Source of the DNA: Narcine bancroftii
Taxonomy: Eukaryota
NCBI RefSeq assembly: GCF_036971445.1
Contig: NC_091481.1
Span: forward strand, 68,510,001 to 68,574,000
Length of the DNA stretch: 64,000 nt
Reading direction: 5' to 3'
Part shown: positions 1 to 13,079 of the stretch, one piece after another
How positions within the stretch are numbered: position 1 is the stretch's first letter
Layout: each line of letters begins with the position of its first letter
The notes under the pieces: model-generated
Databases searched by the model: none
What the model was told of the DNA's origin: nothing
What the model saw: only the letters and a program-made list of their open reading frames with translations
Made by a program: the position numbers and the translations under genes

Positions 1-2300
1 GACCGGCCTTTGAAGCGAATGGGCAGCTGTATCAATTCCTCAGGGTACCCTTTGGGGTCACAAATGGCATCGTGGTCTTCCAGCAGAAAATGGACCGGAT
101 GGTAGACCAGAATGGGCTGACTGCTACTTTCCCGTATCTGGACAATGTCACCATCTGCGGCCATGACAAGAGGATCACGATGCCAACCTTGAGAAATTTT
201 TTCAGATTGCAATTCGGCTGAAACTTGACCTACAATTTCGACAAGTGTGTCTTCCGGACCACTTGGCTCGCAATTCTGGGTTGTGTGGTGGAGAATGGCA
301 TTGTCATGCTGGACCCTGACCACATGTGTCCCCTCATGGACTTGCCCCCACCCCCCACACCCAGAAGTCACTCAGACCCTGCCTGGGATTTTTCTCTTAC
401 TATGCCCAATGGGTTCCACACTATGCGACAAGGCACGGCCACTCATCAAGACCACCTCCTTCCCCCTGTCAACCAAAGCCAGAGCGGCCTTCGACTGCAT
501 CAAATCAGACATCGCTGCTGCAACGCTGCACGCCATCAATAAGTCTATTCCGTTCCAAGTCATGAGCGATGCATCCGACTTTGCACTGGCAGGCACTTTG
601 AACCAGGCCGGCCGGCTGGTAGCCTTCTTCTCCAGTACCCTCCAGGGTCCTGAGAGCCAACTCTCCTCTGTCGAGAAGGAGGCCCAGGCCATAGTCAAAG
701 CAGTACGTCGTTGGAGACATTTTCTCACTGGCAGGCGCTTTACGCTGCTGAATGACCAACGCGCAGTCTCCTTCATGTTTAGCAATACCCAGCAAGGTAA
801 GATCAAGAATGACAAAATCGCCAGGTGGAGAATCGAGCTCTCCACCTTTAATTATGACATACTGTATCGGCCAGGTAAACTCAACAACCCACTAGATGAG
901 CTCTCCAGAGGGACTTCCGCCAACATGCAACTGGACAGGTGCAGAAACTCCATGAGGAGCTCTGTCATCCAGGGGTCACTAGGTTCGCGCACTTTGTCAA
1001 AGCTCGCAACCTGCCCTACACAGTCGAGGAGATTCGCTCCATGACCCGAGCCTGCCCAGTGTGCACTGAGTGCAAGCCCCACTTCTTCCGTCCGGAGAAC
1101 ACCCACGTCATCAAAGCCACCCGCCCCTTTAACATTTCAGCGTAGACTTTAAGGGACCCCTAACATCGACCAACCGTAACACCTACATCCTTATGGCCAT
1201 TGACGAGTACTCCCACTTCCCATTTGCTGTGCCCTGCTCGGACATGACTGCCTCCTCAGTTATAGAGGCCCTGCACTGCATCTTCGCCATCTTCAAGTAC
1301 CCCAGATAAATCCACAGTGACAGGGGGTCCTCGTTTATGAGCACAGAGCTGCGGCAGTATCTCTGGAGCGTGGTATTGCTTCAAGCAGGACTGCCAGCTA
1401 TAACCCATGCGGTAATGGGCAAGTCGAAAGAGAATGCCACCGTCTGGAAAGCGGTTACGCTTGCCCTCCGGTCCAAAGGTCTCCCCACCTCTCACTGGCA
1501 GGACGTGCTCACTAGTGCCCTACACTCCATCCGCTCCCTCCTATGCACCGTGACCAATGTGACCCCCCACCATGAAAGAAAGTTCTCTTTCCCAAGGAAA
1601 TCCGAGTCGGGTATGACCATACCGGCATGGCTCATGGTTCCCGGTCCGGCCCTCTTACAACGTCATGTCCGGTACTCAAAGAACGTCCCCTTGGTTGACC
1701 GAATGACTGTGCTCCATGCAAACCTGCATTATGCTTACGTTGAGTACTCGGATGGGCGGGAGGACACAGTCTCGGTAAAGGACCTAGCCCAAGCCAGATC
1801 AGGTGCAGCCTCCCATCCTCTCCCTATTCCTTCTCCCCCAGGTCATGTGCTTGAACACAGGGACCAGCACCACCCCACCAGTTCAGGCTGTCGACAACGC
1901 CACTGGGGAATTGAGCGAAGCAGTGGCTGCTCCCTACGGGCCTGCCGGCGACACAACTCCGGCGACCCCAATCCCGACGTCACAGCTGTCACGCCAGATG
2001 GTCAGGCCCCCCGACCGGTACAGTCCTTAACCTCCATCTACCCTGGGGTAGAAGGGGTGAATGTGATAGTACAGATTCTATTACTAATGTGCATATGTAC
2101 ATTTATACAGGTTGTCGTGTAGGATGACTGTGATTGGCTGAGAGTGTAGCCATGCCTACTGGCAGGTCTTAAAGGGTTGCTCCTAGCCAGACCAGGTCAT
2201 TCTGGACTGGTCGACCTACTTGTGATATGCTCCAGCCTTTTAGTTAATAAAAGCCTTGGTTTGAATCAACAAGTCTTTGGTTCTTTCGACGCGCACTACA
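1..2300 (+). mobile_element. Ty3/Gypsy LTR retrotransposon, 3' half (RT-RNaseH-integrase, PPT, 3' LTR), frameshifted
   Basis: RT motif FPYLDNVTICG (~129-160); RNase H motifs SDASDFALAG and EKEAQAIV; integrase HHCC (HEELCHPG...CPVC) and DDE-type motifs VDFKGP, IHSDRGSSF, GNGQVE spread over shifted frames; RT-RH-IN order is Gypsy-type. Confidence 0.92.
2062..2300 (+). repeat. 3' LTR of the Gypsy element
   Basis: Follows purine-rich tract GTAGAAGGGGTGAA; begins TGT and ends ACA; internal AATAAA at 2246-2251. Confidence 0.8.
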
Positions 2301-2689
2301 TTGTTTTAACTGAAACCAGAGAAGTCAATGTTAATGCCATCCGGTTGGATGGGGCCCAGATGGAAGATGAGGTATTGTTCCTCCAATCTGTGTGTGTTTT
2401 CTCAGTCTGGCAGGGCATGAGATCATGGACTGGAGGCAAATCTGCGGACACTCGGTGACTCTGGGAGGACGATTGTTTTGATTCTAATTGTAAGTCCGAC
2501 TGTAAGAGGCAATTCCTGCCAGTGGCAAAACTGTCCACCTTGCAACAGGCAAAACAAAAAGAAATTTCATGTCATATGACACTCTTTTATTTCTATGACA
2601 ATAAATTGAATCTTGAAATATGTCAGCAAGGGAATGGGACGGGGCATTGAAATGGGAGGGCACTGGGAGATCATGAATGTTGCTCCCAC

Positions 2690-3130
2690 CCACTCTCTGA
2701 GCTGCCGTTTCGAGATTCGGGTCCGGTTGCGTTTTGTGTCGGCCCTTCCTGAGTGGCGCGGGCCACCGTACTCATCCGCGCTCCCTGCCCAGTACTCGGG
2801 ACGGCTATGGCGGACTACTCGCTGGACGACATCATTCGGAGGCGCGGACTGCGCGTTAAAGGCAGGTGAGGAGACGGTGCGGGCGGCCGTGAGGCGTAGC
2901 CGCGACCCCAGGTTTGGGGGTTCGGGTCCTGGACCTCATCCCCTCCGCCCGGGGACCCCTTTGGAAAACTCATTGGAAAGGGAAGTTCGGCTGGCGCCGC
3001 GCACCTCAGCCTGCGCCCGCCCCCGCTGTTCGCTGATTGGCTGCTGGGTGTGGAAGCGGAGTTGTCATTGGTTGGAACTGGTGTCAGTCTGGAGGAGAAG
3101 CAAGAATGGTTGTCGCGCAGGGAACGGGCC
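2690..3130 (+). promoter_or_regulatory. CpG-island promoter region of POLDIP3
   Basis: CpG-rich stretch around exon 1; GC box at ~3016; ATTGG (reverse CCAAT) at 3036 and 3067. Confidence 0.7.
2807..2865 (+). CDS. POLDIP3: POLDIP3 (SKAR) exon 1
   Basis: MADYSLDDIIRRRGLRVKG matches the POLDIP3 N-terminus (human MADISLDELIRKRG); donor AG|GTGAG. Confidence 0.92.
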
Positions 3131-4439
3131 CAGAAGCGGCTTGGCTCTCGTCTTCAAGCATCCAGCCCACCCCGGGGTCATGGGCACCCAATTCTCCCTC
3201 ACATCTGGACCCCTCTCCCTTTCACTCCCCATCATTTTCTAATCCAATCTTTGCCCCCCCCCACATACACACACTCACTCACTATTCAGACCCCTCACTC
3301 CAAATACCTCCCACTGCCAGGACCTCTCAATATCTCTTACCCCCCCCACTTTACTGTCCAGACCCTTAATCTCTTCCACTCTCCTGCACTGTTGAGATCC
3401 CTTTCTCTCACCTCCCCCTCTGGATATCTTTCTTTCCTCCTCTTTCAACCCCCCCCCCCTCATCTCTGGATTCCTTTCTCCCTCCCCTCACATCTGTTCA
3501 ACTGCCTTTCTCCCTCTTCCCCTTCACTCTCTGCACTTTCTACCCCCCCCAACCTTCACCTCAACCCCCACCCCACTTTCTGGACCACTCTCTTACTTCC
3601 ATCCCCCCCCCACCCACCGTTTACTTTCTGAGCCCTCTCACTCTCCTCCCCGTCTCATTTTCCAGACCCCTTTCTCTTTCTGGACCCCTCTCTTCCTCCA
3701 CCCCATTCCACCACCCCCCTCCCCCTCCAGCTTTCTGGTCCCAGTCACTTTCTTTCCTCCCTGGATTCCAATCCCAAAAGCCTTTTAATCACTTTCACAA
3801 CTTGAAATGGTATTTTCAAGGAGTGTCCCATATCTGCAGATCTGTGTTCTTGGAATTAAAAATTAAATAAAAACACTACAGATGATGAACATCTGAAATA
3901 AAACCAGAAAATACTGGAAACAATCAGGAGGTTCGGCAACATCTGTGGAAAATAAGGTTGAACTGTGCCTTCTGGCCTACTACTTTTGTTTCCAAAGTGT
4001 AACTTCAATTTTCTCACTATTAAATCTCACCAGTTACTCGACACCCAATCCTCCAACCTATCTATAGCTCGTTGAAGTTACCAAGTTTCGGATTGTGGAT
4101 CTGATGGAGTCTCTTCCCAAAACAAACCTTCACATTGCATCATGGAGGCGTTCAGTGTATAAACCAGCTTTTTGGCCAACTGCGTCCATACTGACATTCA
4201 GGCAGTTATTTGTGCCAATCCTATTTTATCTTTCCTTTGTTCCCATTTTCTTCTGGATTCTGTCACTCACCTGCCTGTTACACTGGACAAAAGGTTTCCT
4301 TTCCGAAAAACAATTGGGGATTATGACGGACAACTTCATAATTTCAGATTTGCTGGCTCACGTAGGAAATATTAAATTAACTTTTTATTAAATTTAACAT
4401 GTTTCATTGCATAATGATGCTGATACATTGCATTAGTTC

Positions 4440-4840
4440 AACTGACCTGAAAAATGTTTTGCAGCTGATTTTTGTTTGTGCTCAGCATCTGATGCCTGTC
4501 GTGTCAGCATTGATGGATTCCAGGTGCCCTGATACTGCTTTTCCATGATTGCAACATCCTAGTGAAACCTTTCACCATGTTTTTCACCGTCTGCAGCAAG
4601 ATCAGCAGGGAAGAATGCAGAAAAATTCATTCTCAGTGATATGTTGCACTTCATAGTTTTGTAGGCTTGAAGTAGATTTAAAATATGACAGGAAATCACA
4701 AAAATAGGTTTTATCTAAAATAGGGTACAGGATCGGAAAATTTTAAGTTCATTTTTGTGGTCAGCGTCCCATATCCATAAAATACACCCAAAAGCATTCA
4801 GGAAGCAAAATCTGTCTGGCGATATTGCACTGAGCTGTGC
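4440..4840 (-). mobile_element. Chapaev3-like DNA transposon fragment (transposase C-terminus)
   Basis: Minus strand ~4620-4500 reads FFPADLAADGEKHGERFH*DVAIMEKQYQGTWNPSML, similar to the EHGERFHQDI...YQG.WN motif I recall for Chapaev3 transposases. Confidence 0.65.
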
Positions 4841-6237
4841 ATCTTTGGGAAGTGGAAGAAAGGCAGAGCAGTGCAAGGCCAGAATTGAATGCCAGTCCCT
4901 GCTGCTGTGAGACGGTGTTTGTCCTAGCTGTGTGTTGCTGTGCTTCTTTGCCATTAAACCACTTTTCTGCCTCTGATTTCCAATGAAATGCAGATTATAG
5001 AATTATTGACTTTCAATTTCAACAGCTTTACCAGCCAGCTGTTGTCTTTCCACTTGTACCTATCTCCTTCATGCTAGTTATGTGGTTATAAGGGACAGGT
5101 TTTTGCCTTCCTCTCTCTAAAACCTTTGTTTTAACCCAGCTGCTGTTTCTTTGTCTTGAATCCCATGGTGCTTTACCCTTAGAATCAGTTTGGTAAGTAT
5201 TTGCCTAGCCCCTCAAATTTGCTGACTTGTTGATCCTCCTCATTACCTCCTTTTTTAAAAAATTTAAAAAAAAATTTCACACTAAGAAACTATATTGACC
5301 AAAATACACATAAACGTTTCCCTCTTGAATATACGCAGTGTCATTTTCTCCCCTTTTCCTTCTCTCCCTCCTTCCCACCCCCCTCCCCACCCACTCAATG
5401 TTCAACATATATTCATTACCTCCTTTAAGAAAAGTTCTATCAGGTCGGTTAGACTAACTGATTCCTCCGAGAAACACAAAAGCTGCAGATGCTGGTTTCT
5501 TGAACTGGAGGAACTCAGCAGGTCTGTCAGCATCCATGGGTAGAAATGGTCAGTCAGTGTTTCAGGTCAATTCATACTGAGTGATTATTATATTTATGCC
5601 TCCCTAAATTAAATTTATGTTCCCAAAAATTGCTTTTTCAATATAATTTGTCCACCCCCCTGCTGTGCCTTTAGCTAAAATTGGCCCCTTGTGAAAAGTT
5701 GGACAGGTCAGAATAGAAGTGAGATGAAAGTGAAAGGAAGCTTGAACTCGGAGTTACTATGGCAGATTGAATGAAAGTGGCTGGTAAAGCAGTCAACCAT
5801 TGGGTGTTTGTTTTCTCCAACATAGGGGCAGCCACATCATGACCTCTAAATGCCATACTCTAGACTGGAAGAAGTGTGGTCAATTAATGCTTTACCTGAA
5901 ATAACTACAATAAAATCCCCATTATCCTGAATTCAAGTAATTGGCAAAAAAAAAATCAGGTTGATGAATCATCTCAATACCAAGTCATGCCACTGCAAAG
6001 ATGTGGCATCCCATCCCACCATTCAAAACCCAAATACAGTAAACCTCCAGTATCTGGCACCTGTGGGGATTGGTGGATGCTGGATGAGTGAATTTTCCGC
6101 TTGCTTGAGATTGCGTGTTGCGTGAATTGGTGAACTAACTGCTGATGGGGTGCCAATTTTAATCTCTTTTTTTTTACCTTTTTTTTTTGCTGATTGTTTG
6201 AATTCCAGATAATGGTAGTTATTTCAGGTAAAGCATT

Positions 6238-6577
6238 AGGCCCTTTTCCACTGGCACCCCAGTTAATTGGCTGTGCAGTGTCCCAGGATAGGAAGCCCTT
6301 TGTGCTGCTTCCACTGGGCCACCCTCAACTGGGAACACTAATTGCTTTTCCACTGAACACAACTCATCCCTGGGGACTGGAGTGTTCTACCTTCAAGTGG
6401 AAACAGGTAACTTTCTGCTGTCCCTTTTCCACTGGTTTTATCAGCACGCTGGGGATTCAAGTAGGGGTAAAGGCGGTTAACCCCTGGCGTGAATAAGCAT
6501 CATTTGACACCAGCGTTCAGACAGTATTCCTTTTCCACTGGATCCTGTCCCAGTAAATTCCCAGCGGAAAAGGGGCT
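6238..6577. mobile_element. PIF/Harbinger-like MITE
   Basis: TIRs AGGCCCTTTTCCACTGG / CCAGCGGAAAAGGGGCT, 3-bp ATT on both flanks, internal repeated TTTCCACTG motif. Confidence 0.7.
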
Positions 6578-6629
6578 ATTAATTTACCATACTTTTACCA
6601 GTCCAGAGGACTGCATTTGGTGCTCATAA

Positions 6630-7100
6630 TTTCAGATTTCTTGTATCACATACAACCCTGAGATTCTTTTACCTGCAGGTGCAGCAGAATTACCACTTAT
6701 TGGTCGTGCAAAAAAAACTACACAATGTTCACATGTAAACAGATAAACAAATGTAAACAAACTCTGCAATGCAGAGAGGAAAAAACAATAAAATGCAAGA
6801 GTCGTTAAATGAGGCCCTGATTGAGTTTGTGGTTGAGTGATGGTGGAGGGTATCAGCTGTTCCTCATCCTGGTGGTGCGAGTCTTGTGACACCTATACTT
6901 TCCTGATGGTGGCAGCGAGAACGGAGAGTGTGCCGGGTGGTGTGGATCCTTGATGATTCCTGCTGCTCTCCAATGGTGGGGAGGGTTTTGCCTGTGATGT
7001 CCTGGGCTGTGTCCTCTACCTTTTGGAGAGCATCTGTTCAAGGGTATTGGTGTCCCAGCCGTGATGCAGTCGGTCAGCACACATCTCCAGAACTTTGCCA
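6630..7100 (-). mobile_element. Rex1/Babar-type LINE 3' fragment
   Basis: DPHHPAHSPFSLPPSGKYRCHKTRTTRMRNS C-terminal motif; same family at 49230-49650. Confidence 0.75.
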
Positions 7101-7599
7101 GGCTTTGGCCTCCCCTACATTGGAGAAAACACAAATTGGTTGACTACTTTACCGGCCACTTTCATTCAGTCTGCCGTTGCAACCCTGAGTTCTAATTTCC
7201 TTTCACTTCCACTCTGACCCATGTCTTCAACCTTTCCACAGAGGCCAACGTTAGCTAAAGGCACAGCAAGTACTGCATTGAGTTAAACGATGCAAGGTAA
7301 TGGTTGTATTTGAATTTGCTAGTTCTGCTGTAGGTCAGCTATCTGTAATGTTGGGTCAGTTTCTTTCTCACTAACACTGCCTGGTCTGGGCTCACATTTC
7401 TGACCTGCGCATCACAGCTCTTGCATATCTCTTTGTTTTCTCTCTCCAACTGTCAAAATTGATTTAACAACAGGCGACTTCCTCAACAGCTTATCACTAC
7501 CATAATCCAACAAGATGTTTCCTTTATCCCATCCATCCTTTCACCACTCTTTCTGCAATTACACAGCATAGAAACTGGCCCATTGTATCCATGCTACCC

Positions 7600-8500
7600 A
7601 TGGCACTAATCCCATTTACCCTGCTAGGTCTGTAGCCTCAATTCCGTGGCAATTCAGGTACATATCTGGATGCTTAAATGTTGTCCACCTCCTCAGGTTC
7701 CCTCTAAATCCCTTAGCTTTCACATTAAACATTTGCTGTCCTGTCGTGGACACCTGCACCATGGGGAAAATTATTTTTGCAATCTGTCTCCCTCATAATT
7801 TTATTGTTTTCTATTAGAACACCCCTCAGTTTCTTCCACTCCAGAGGAAAGAAATTCAACCTCTCCAGTATCCTTACCTTTGCTACATAAAGTATGCTGA
7901 GTGTCCTGCTGAGTTTCTCCAGCGTTGTTTTTACTTCAACCACAGTGCTTGCAGACTTTGGTGTTTTACCTTCCTTTATATTCGCTGGAGGCAAATCCAT
8001 GAACGCTCAGTGACTCTGCGGGGACTCTGTTTTGCTTCACTTTCTCTGACTGCAAGAGGCGCTTCAGGCAATTTCTGCTGATGGTGAATCTGTCTTTCTT
8101 GCGGCAGACTGAAGCAAATTCTGTGCAATATTACACCGTCTTTATTACATGACAATAAAGGAATCTTGAATAATTTAAATGTTTCAGTCAAGGCAACATC
8201 CTGGTGAATCTCCTCTGCATCCCTTTCTAGTGCAGTTGCATCTTTTCTACACTGCAATGACCAGAATTTTACATAATACTCCAGATGTGGTCTTAATGCG
8301 TGTTTTATAAAGCTGTGCTGTGATAGCCCAGCTCTTGTATTCAATGCCACGGGCATTGAAAGCAACCATTGGATATGCATTCCTCACCTTTTTTAATCTG
8401 TCTTGCCACTTGTATCCAAGGTCCCTTTGTTCAACAACACTCTGAAGGAGCCTACCATTTGTTCTGCACATCCCTTCTTTGGCTTCCCAAAACATCACCT
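7600..8500 (-). mobile_element. CR1/L2-type LINE fragments with nested repeats
   Basis: RPHLEYYVKFWS, EQRDLG and KLRGVLIE motifs on the minus strand. Confidence 0.7.
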
Positions 8501-9921
8501 GGCATTTGTAAGAATTAAGAATGGAAGTGAAAGAAGTGTTCCCTTAGCTTTCACATTAAACATTTGCTGTCCTGTCATGGACACCTGCACCATGGGGAAA
8601 ATGATTTTTGCAATCTGTCTCCCTCATAATTTTATTGTTCTCTATTAGAACACCCCTCAGTTGGGTGTTCTGCCCAACATTCCAGCTGACTTGACGTTGG
8701 TTAAATAACCTTCCTTGCTATCCATGACACTGATTTCTGCAAGCTTAGCTACATTATCTGATGCATTCACATCCAAACTGTTTATGTATATGTCAAATAT
8801 TATGGCTTCCAGCACCAATCCCCTGCCCAGTCCTCCAGTTACAAAAGCAATCCATTGCCAACCTTTCCCTAAAGTTCAGTTGGGCTGAGGAGTCTGTTTC
8901 TGAGCTCTATGAACCCTAATACCAGGTTTTTTTAAAAATCCAGTTAGCCAGGCTCCCCTGGATCACTTGGGCTCTCTCTTTCTGGATCTTCTGGTGTTGT
9001 TCCTCCAATTTACAGGGGTCTTGGAATAGTACATGAGGCCATGTACTATGAGGGAGTATGGGAGTTTGAGACAGAACTGAAATGGTCACTTGCCAACATT
9101 TTTTCATACCTTGATGAAGGCCTGAAGCCCAAAACATTGGTTATGTTTTTTTATCTTTGCTATATAAAGGACACTGTTTGACCTGAGTTTTTCCAGCACT
9201 GTGTTTTTTCAACCACGATGCCTACAGATTTCGTGCTTTTAAGTTTACCTGTTAGATTGACCAGTCTGTTGTTATGTGGTACATCCCCTTTCTCCTTTAT
9301 AAAGGAGTGAGAGTCAGTCAGTAGTCTTCCAGACCTGCACCATGCCCTTAGACAGAGGGCTGGAAAATGGTGGAAGTTGTGCTGTTCCCTTGTTTCTTTT
9401 AGGAGTATTTTATCTGAGCCAAGTGTTTATTCTTCTAAAGATACAAAATCCTTTAATATGTTCCTTCTTTCACTTCCCATTCTTAACATTAAATCAGCTG
9501 AACATTAAATGTCCAGAAACCCACACGGGTCATGGGGAGAAAGTTCAGACTCCTTACAGACAGTGCCGAATGCGAACCCAGGTCACTGGTGCTGTGATAA
9601 TGTTAACTTCTTAATTTTAAAAAATTTTAGCCATGGAAACAGGGCCTTCTGGCCCACAAGCCTGCGTTGTACAAATACACTAATTAGCCTACAAACCCCT
9701 CACAGACTGCACCGGATTTGAACCTTGATCGCTGGCGTTGTAACATCATTGCGCTAACCGTGGCACACGTGTTTCTTTTCCATCGTGTGCAAGCTTGACG
9801 TGTGTTTCTAGCATTTTCTGTTTTATTTCCGATTTCCAACCTCTGGAGTGCTTTGCTTACAGCTTTGTGCAGTGTGTGTTTGACTCTGAATGGTTCATTT
9901 GTGCTCCTTGTATTGTTGCAG

Positions 9922-10342
9922 ACCGGTACCAAGTGGCAGGCCAATTGTTGGCGGGGTTAAGTCGCGGATTGGAGATCAGTTTGTAAACTTGAGCACGAGC
10001 TGGCCAGTCAGCAACTTCCAAAGGACTTTTGATGCCCGACAGAAGATTGGCATCACAGATGCTCGGCAGCGGTTAACCATCAGAGACGCTCGGGATCGCT
10101 TGGGGCAGAAGGACATGCGTTCCAAGATAACCCGGGGCCCCTCAAAGGTCCTTGATGCACGTGAAATGATCAATTCCAGGAAAAATCTCGACGGAACCGA
10201 GAAGGGGCTAGCGTCAAAAAAGGTTTTGGATGCTCGGGAACGGCTGAGCGCCAGGAGAAGTAGCCCAGCGGCAGCCACCGCTCCGGCCACCGGAACCATC
10301 AGCACAGGAGGCAGGATTACCAAAACAATCCAAGTACCTCAG
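9922..10342 (+). CDS. POLDIP3: POLDIP3 exon 2
   Basis: GGVKSRIG...FDARQKIGITDAR...RSSPAA...TKTIQVPQ; acceptor TTGCAG, donor CAG|GTGGAA; phase fits exons 1 and 3. Confidence 0.92.
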
Positions 10343-11049
10343 GTGGAAACTTTTAACCTACTGCCTCAGTATATCTGGCAAAAAAAATGTTAACTGCAAA
10401 CATTAACAGAATCGGTGTATATTGTGGCATGCTGTTACTGGAACTCCAGTCATTGCAAAAGCAGAGGAGTTATTGACTTCTATCACTGGTATTAATGTAA
10501 TGTCCATGTCCAGGTGTAAAATGAGCATCATTCATGAGAGGTACTGCATGCTGTGAATTTTCACGGGAATTAATTATTAAGCATTCGTCTCCAATTTTTT
10601 TTTATTATGTGGGTTGACGGTGGGGTAAATTTTAAGTGGCAAATGTAAAGGTTCAGGTAGAAAGCTATCAGTAGGATGGGCCAACTGCATAACGGTGGTT
10701 GGGGATTAGACAACAAAGAGAACAAAGGTGGGCAAGAGAATCTCTTAAACAGGAAAGGCTGCAGACACTGTGATTGTAGTTCAATATACAAAAGTGCTGG
10801 AGAAACTCAGGTCACACAGCATCTATAGAAAGTAAAGGGTAACCAACATTTTGGTCCTGATATAAACTGGTTCAGTGAGTTGCACTGAGATGGAAGTAAG
10901 GACTCAAGCCCAGAGATGTGAATATATTACAATTCACTTCAGTACTCAGGGATTGCTGCACTGTCAAAAGTGTGGCCTTTTGTGTAAATTTTTAACTCCA
11001 ATCCCATCTTTCCATTCAGATAGATTTAAAAGAACTCACGATACAGTAA

Positions 11050-12400
11050 TGCAAGGCGCAAAGGTGCTGGAGAAGCTCAGCAGGTCACACAGTATCCTTA
11101 GGAAGTAAAGTTCTGGGCCTAAGCCCTCAGTCAAGCTGAGAGCAAAACGTAGGCAGGTGCCTGAATAAAAAAGGCTGGGGAGGAAGGGGCAAGGATAGGT
11201 CAACGGGTGGGAGGTGGGTTTGGGTGGGAGGGTAGAAGAAAAAAAAGCTGAGAAGAAATGTGGAAAACGTAGCTCTGAATGTAAAAGGAAGGGGTTTGGA
11301 AGCTGGAGAAGAGGAAAGAGAGACTCGCGAGAGGAGTCTAAAAGAAACTGGAGGTCGATGTTAATGCTGTCTGATTGTAAAGTGCCCAGACGGAATATAA
11401 GGTGTTGTTGTTCCAATTTGCAGATCACCTTGGTTTGGCAGTGCATGAGTCCATGGATGGCCATGTTGATGTGGAAAGGGTGTGTCGAATTAAAATGATT
11501 GGCCACTGGGTGGTCCCTGTTGATGCAGTGGCAAGAAAACAATCTCCTCGTCTGCTTCCAGTCTCTGTTGTAGAGGAGGCCACAATGAGAACACTGGATG
11601 CAGTAAATAACCCCTGCAGATTCACAAGTGAAGTGTTGCTTCATTTGGAAGGATTGTTTGGGGCCCCGAATGGTGGCAAGGGAGGACATGTGGGTGCAAG
11701 TGTAGCATTTCCTGTGGTCACAGGGGAAAGGTACCAAGGAGCCGATTAGCGGGAAAGGATGATTGGACAAAGGAGTCATGGAGGGAGTAGTCCCTGCGGA
11801 AGGTGGCGAGGGGAGGAGCAGGGAAGATGTATCTGGTTGTGGGATCATATTGTAGGTAGCGGGAATTGTTGGATACGGAAGCTGGTGGGGTGGTGGGTGA
11901 TTACAAGGCCATCCTGTCCTTGTTGTATCTCAGGTTGGAGAGGGCCAGGGCAGACTTGCAGAAATAGGGGAGATGCAGATGAGGGCTGAATTGTGGGAGA
12001 GACATGTCTTTTGAACATCTGGATGATCTTACATGGAAGACTTAGTCCTGGGAGTAGATGCAGTGGAGATGGAGGATTTGAGAGTTCTTCCAGGGGACAG
12101 GGTGTGAAGGGGTAACTCTGGGAGTTGGTAGGTTTGTAGAAAATATCTGTTGAGAATTTGTCTCCTGAGTTGGAGGCAGAGAGATCGAGAAAGGTGAGAT
12201 CATTGCCACAGATGGACCGAGTGAATGTAAAGTCGGGGTGAAAATTAACAGCAAAGTGGATAAAGTTGACGAGGTGATCATGGGTGCAGGAGGCAGTACC
12301 ACTGTGGTCGTTGATGTCGCGGAGGAAGAGTTGAGCTCTGCCTGTGTAGGCTTGTAGCTTGTGGATTACTCCACATAGTAGTGATAAGCCAGGCATTGCT
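11050..12400 (-). mobile_element. Penelope-like element (RT thumb plus GIY-YIG endonuclease), decayed
   Basis: LTFLDLS...FSTDIFYKPTNSQSY and HFTCESAGVIYCIQCSHCGLLY...HPVANHFN...EQQHLIFRLGTLQ motifs. Confidence 0.85.
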
Positions 12401-13079
12401 AGGATTCGTATGGATACTCATTGTAATACAATATATCTTTATGTTACTTGTCAATTAAATGTAAATATGGGAGGTATGATTAGAGGAGGGCTGGTCAAAT
12501 CTGCTTAACATAAGCCACGTATGATAAACTTCAGATGTTTGAGAGCTGCAAGATAAGAAAAAAAAATTACATATACTTATTTACTCTTGCATGCATAATT
12601 TGTGGCAAAAAATTTATAATATAAATGTTAAGAAATACATGTATTTAATATTTATTTACGCAGGTAGTTTTTAAATGGCTCATTTTTATTAGTTTCAGTA
12701 CACAAAAAGTACACAGATACACACCAAATATTTTCAAAATCCTGACTGATTTTTGTGGAATTCTCAGCCCAAGGAAGCTTTAGATGCTACTAGATACAGT
12801 AATTCCTCCTTGGGGAATTGAGGGTTGTGGGGAAAGATGAAATTGGGTTCATGGCCAGATCAGCTGTAATCTCACTGAATGTGGGAGCAGACTTAACGGG
12901 CTAGGTGGATGACTCCTGCTCCTTTTTCTGGTGTTCTTTTTCATTGCAGTTTCCACAGCCAAGCGCACGATGCAGGAAATGACCAGATGCAAAGCTGTCT
13001 CCTGTGGCAGCATGAAGCCAGGGAGCCCACAGCTCTGCTCATCCCTGTCCCACCCTCCTCCCCTTTTCCCATTCATAGC

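Noticed and set aside
2613-3631. ORFs of 110-209 aa over the POLDIP3 CpG island
   Set aside because: GC-rich or low-complexity frames; the homologous frame is only 2807-2865
5026-5192. Possible cryptic exon in POLDIP3 intron 1 (CAACAG ... TG|GTAAGT)
   Set aside because: Splice-like motifs alone are common; no homology or other support
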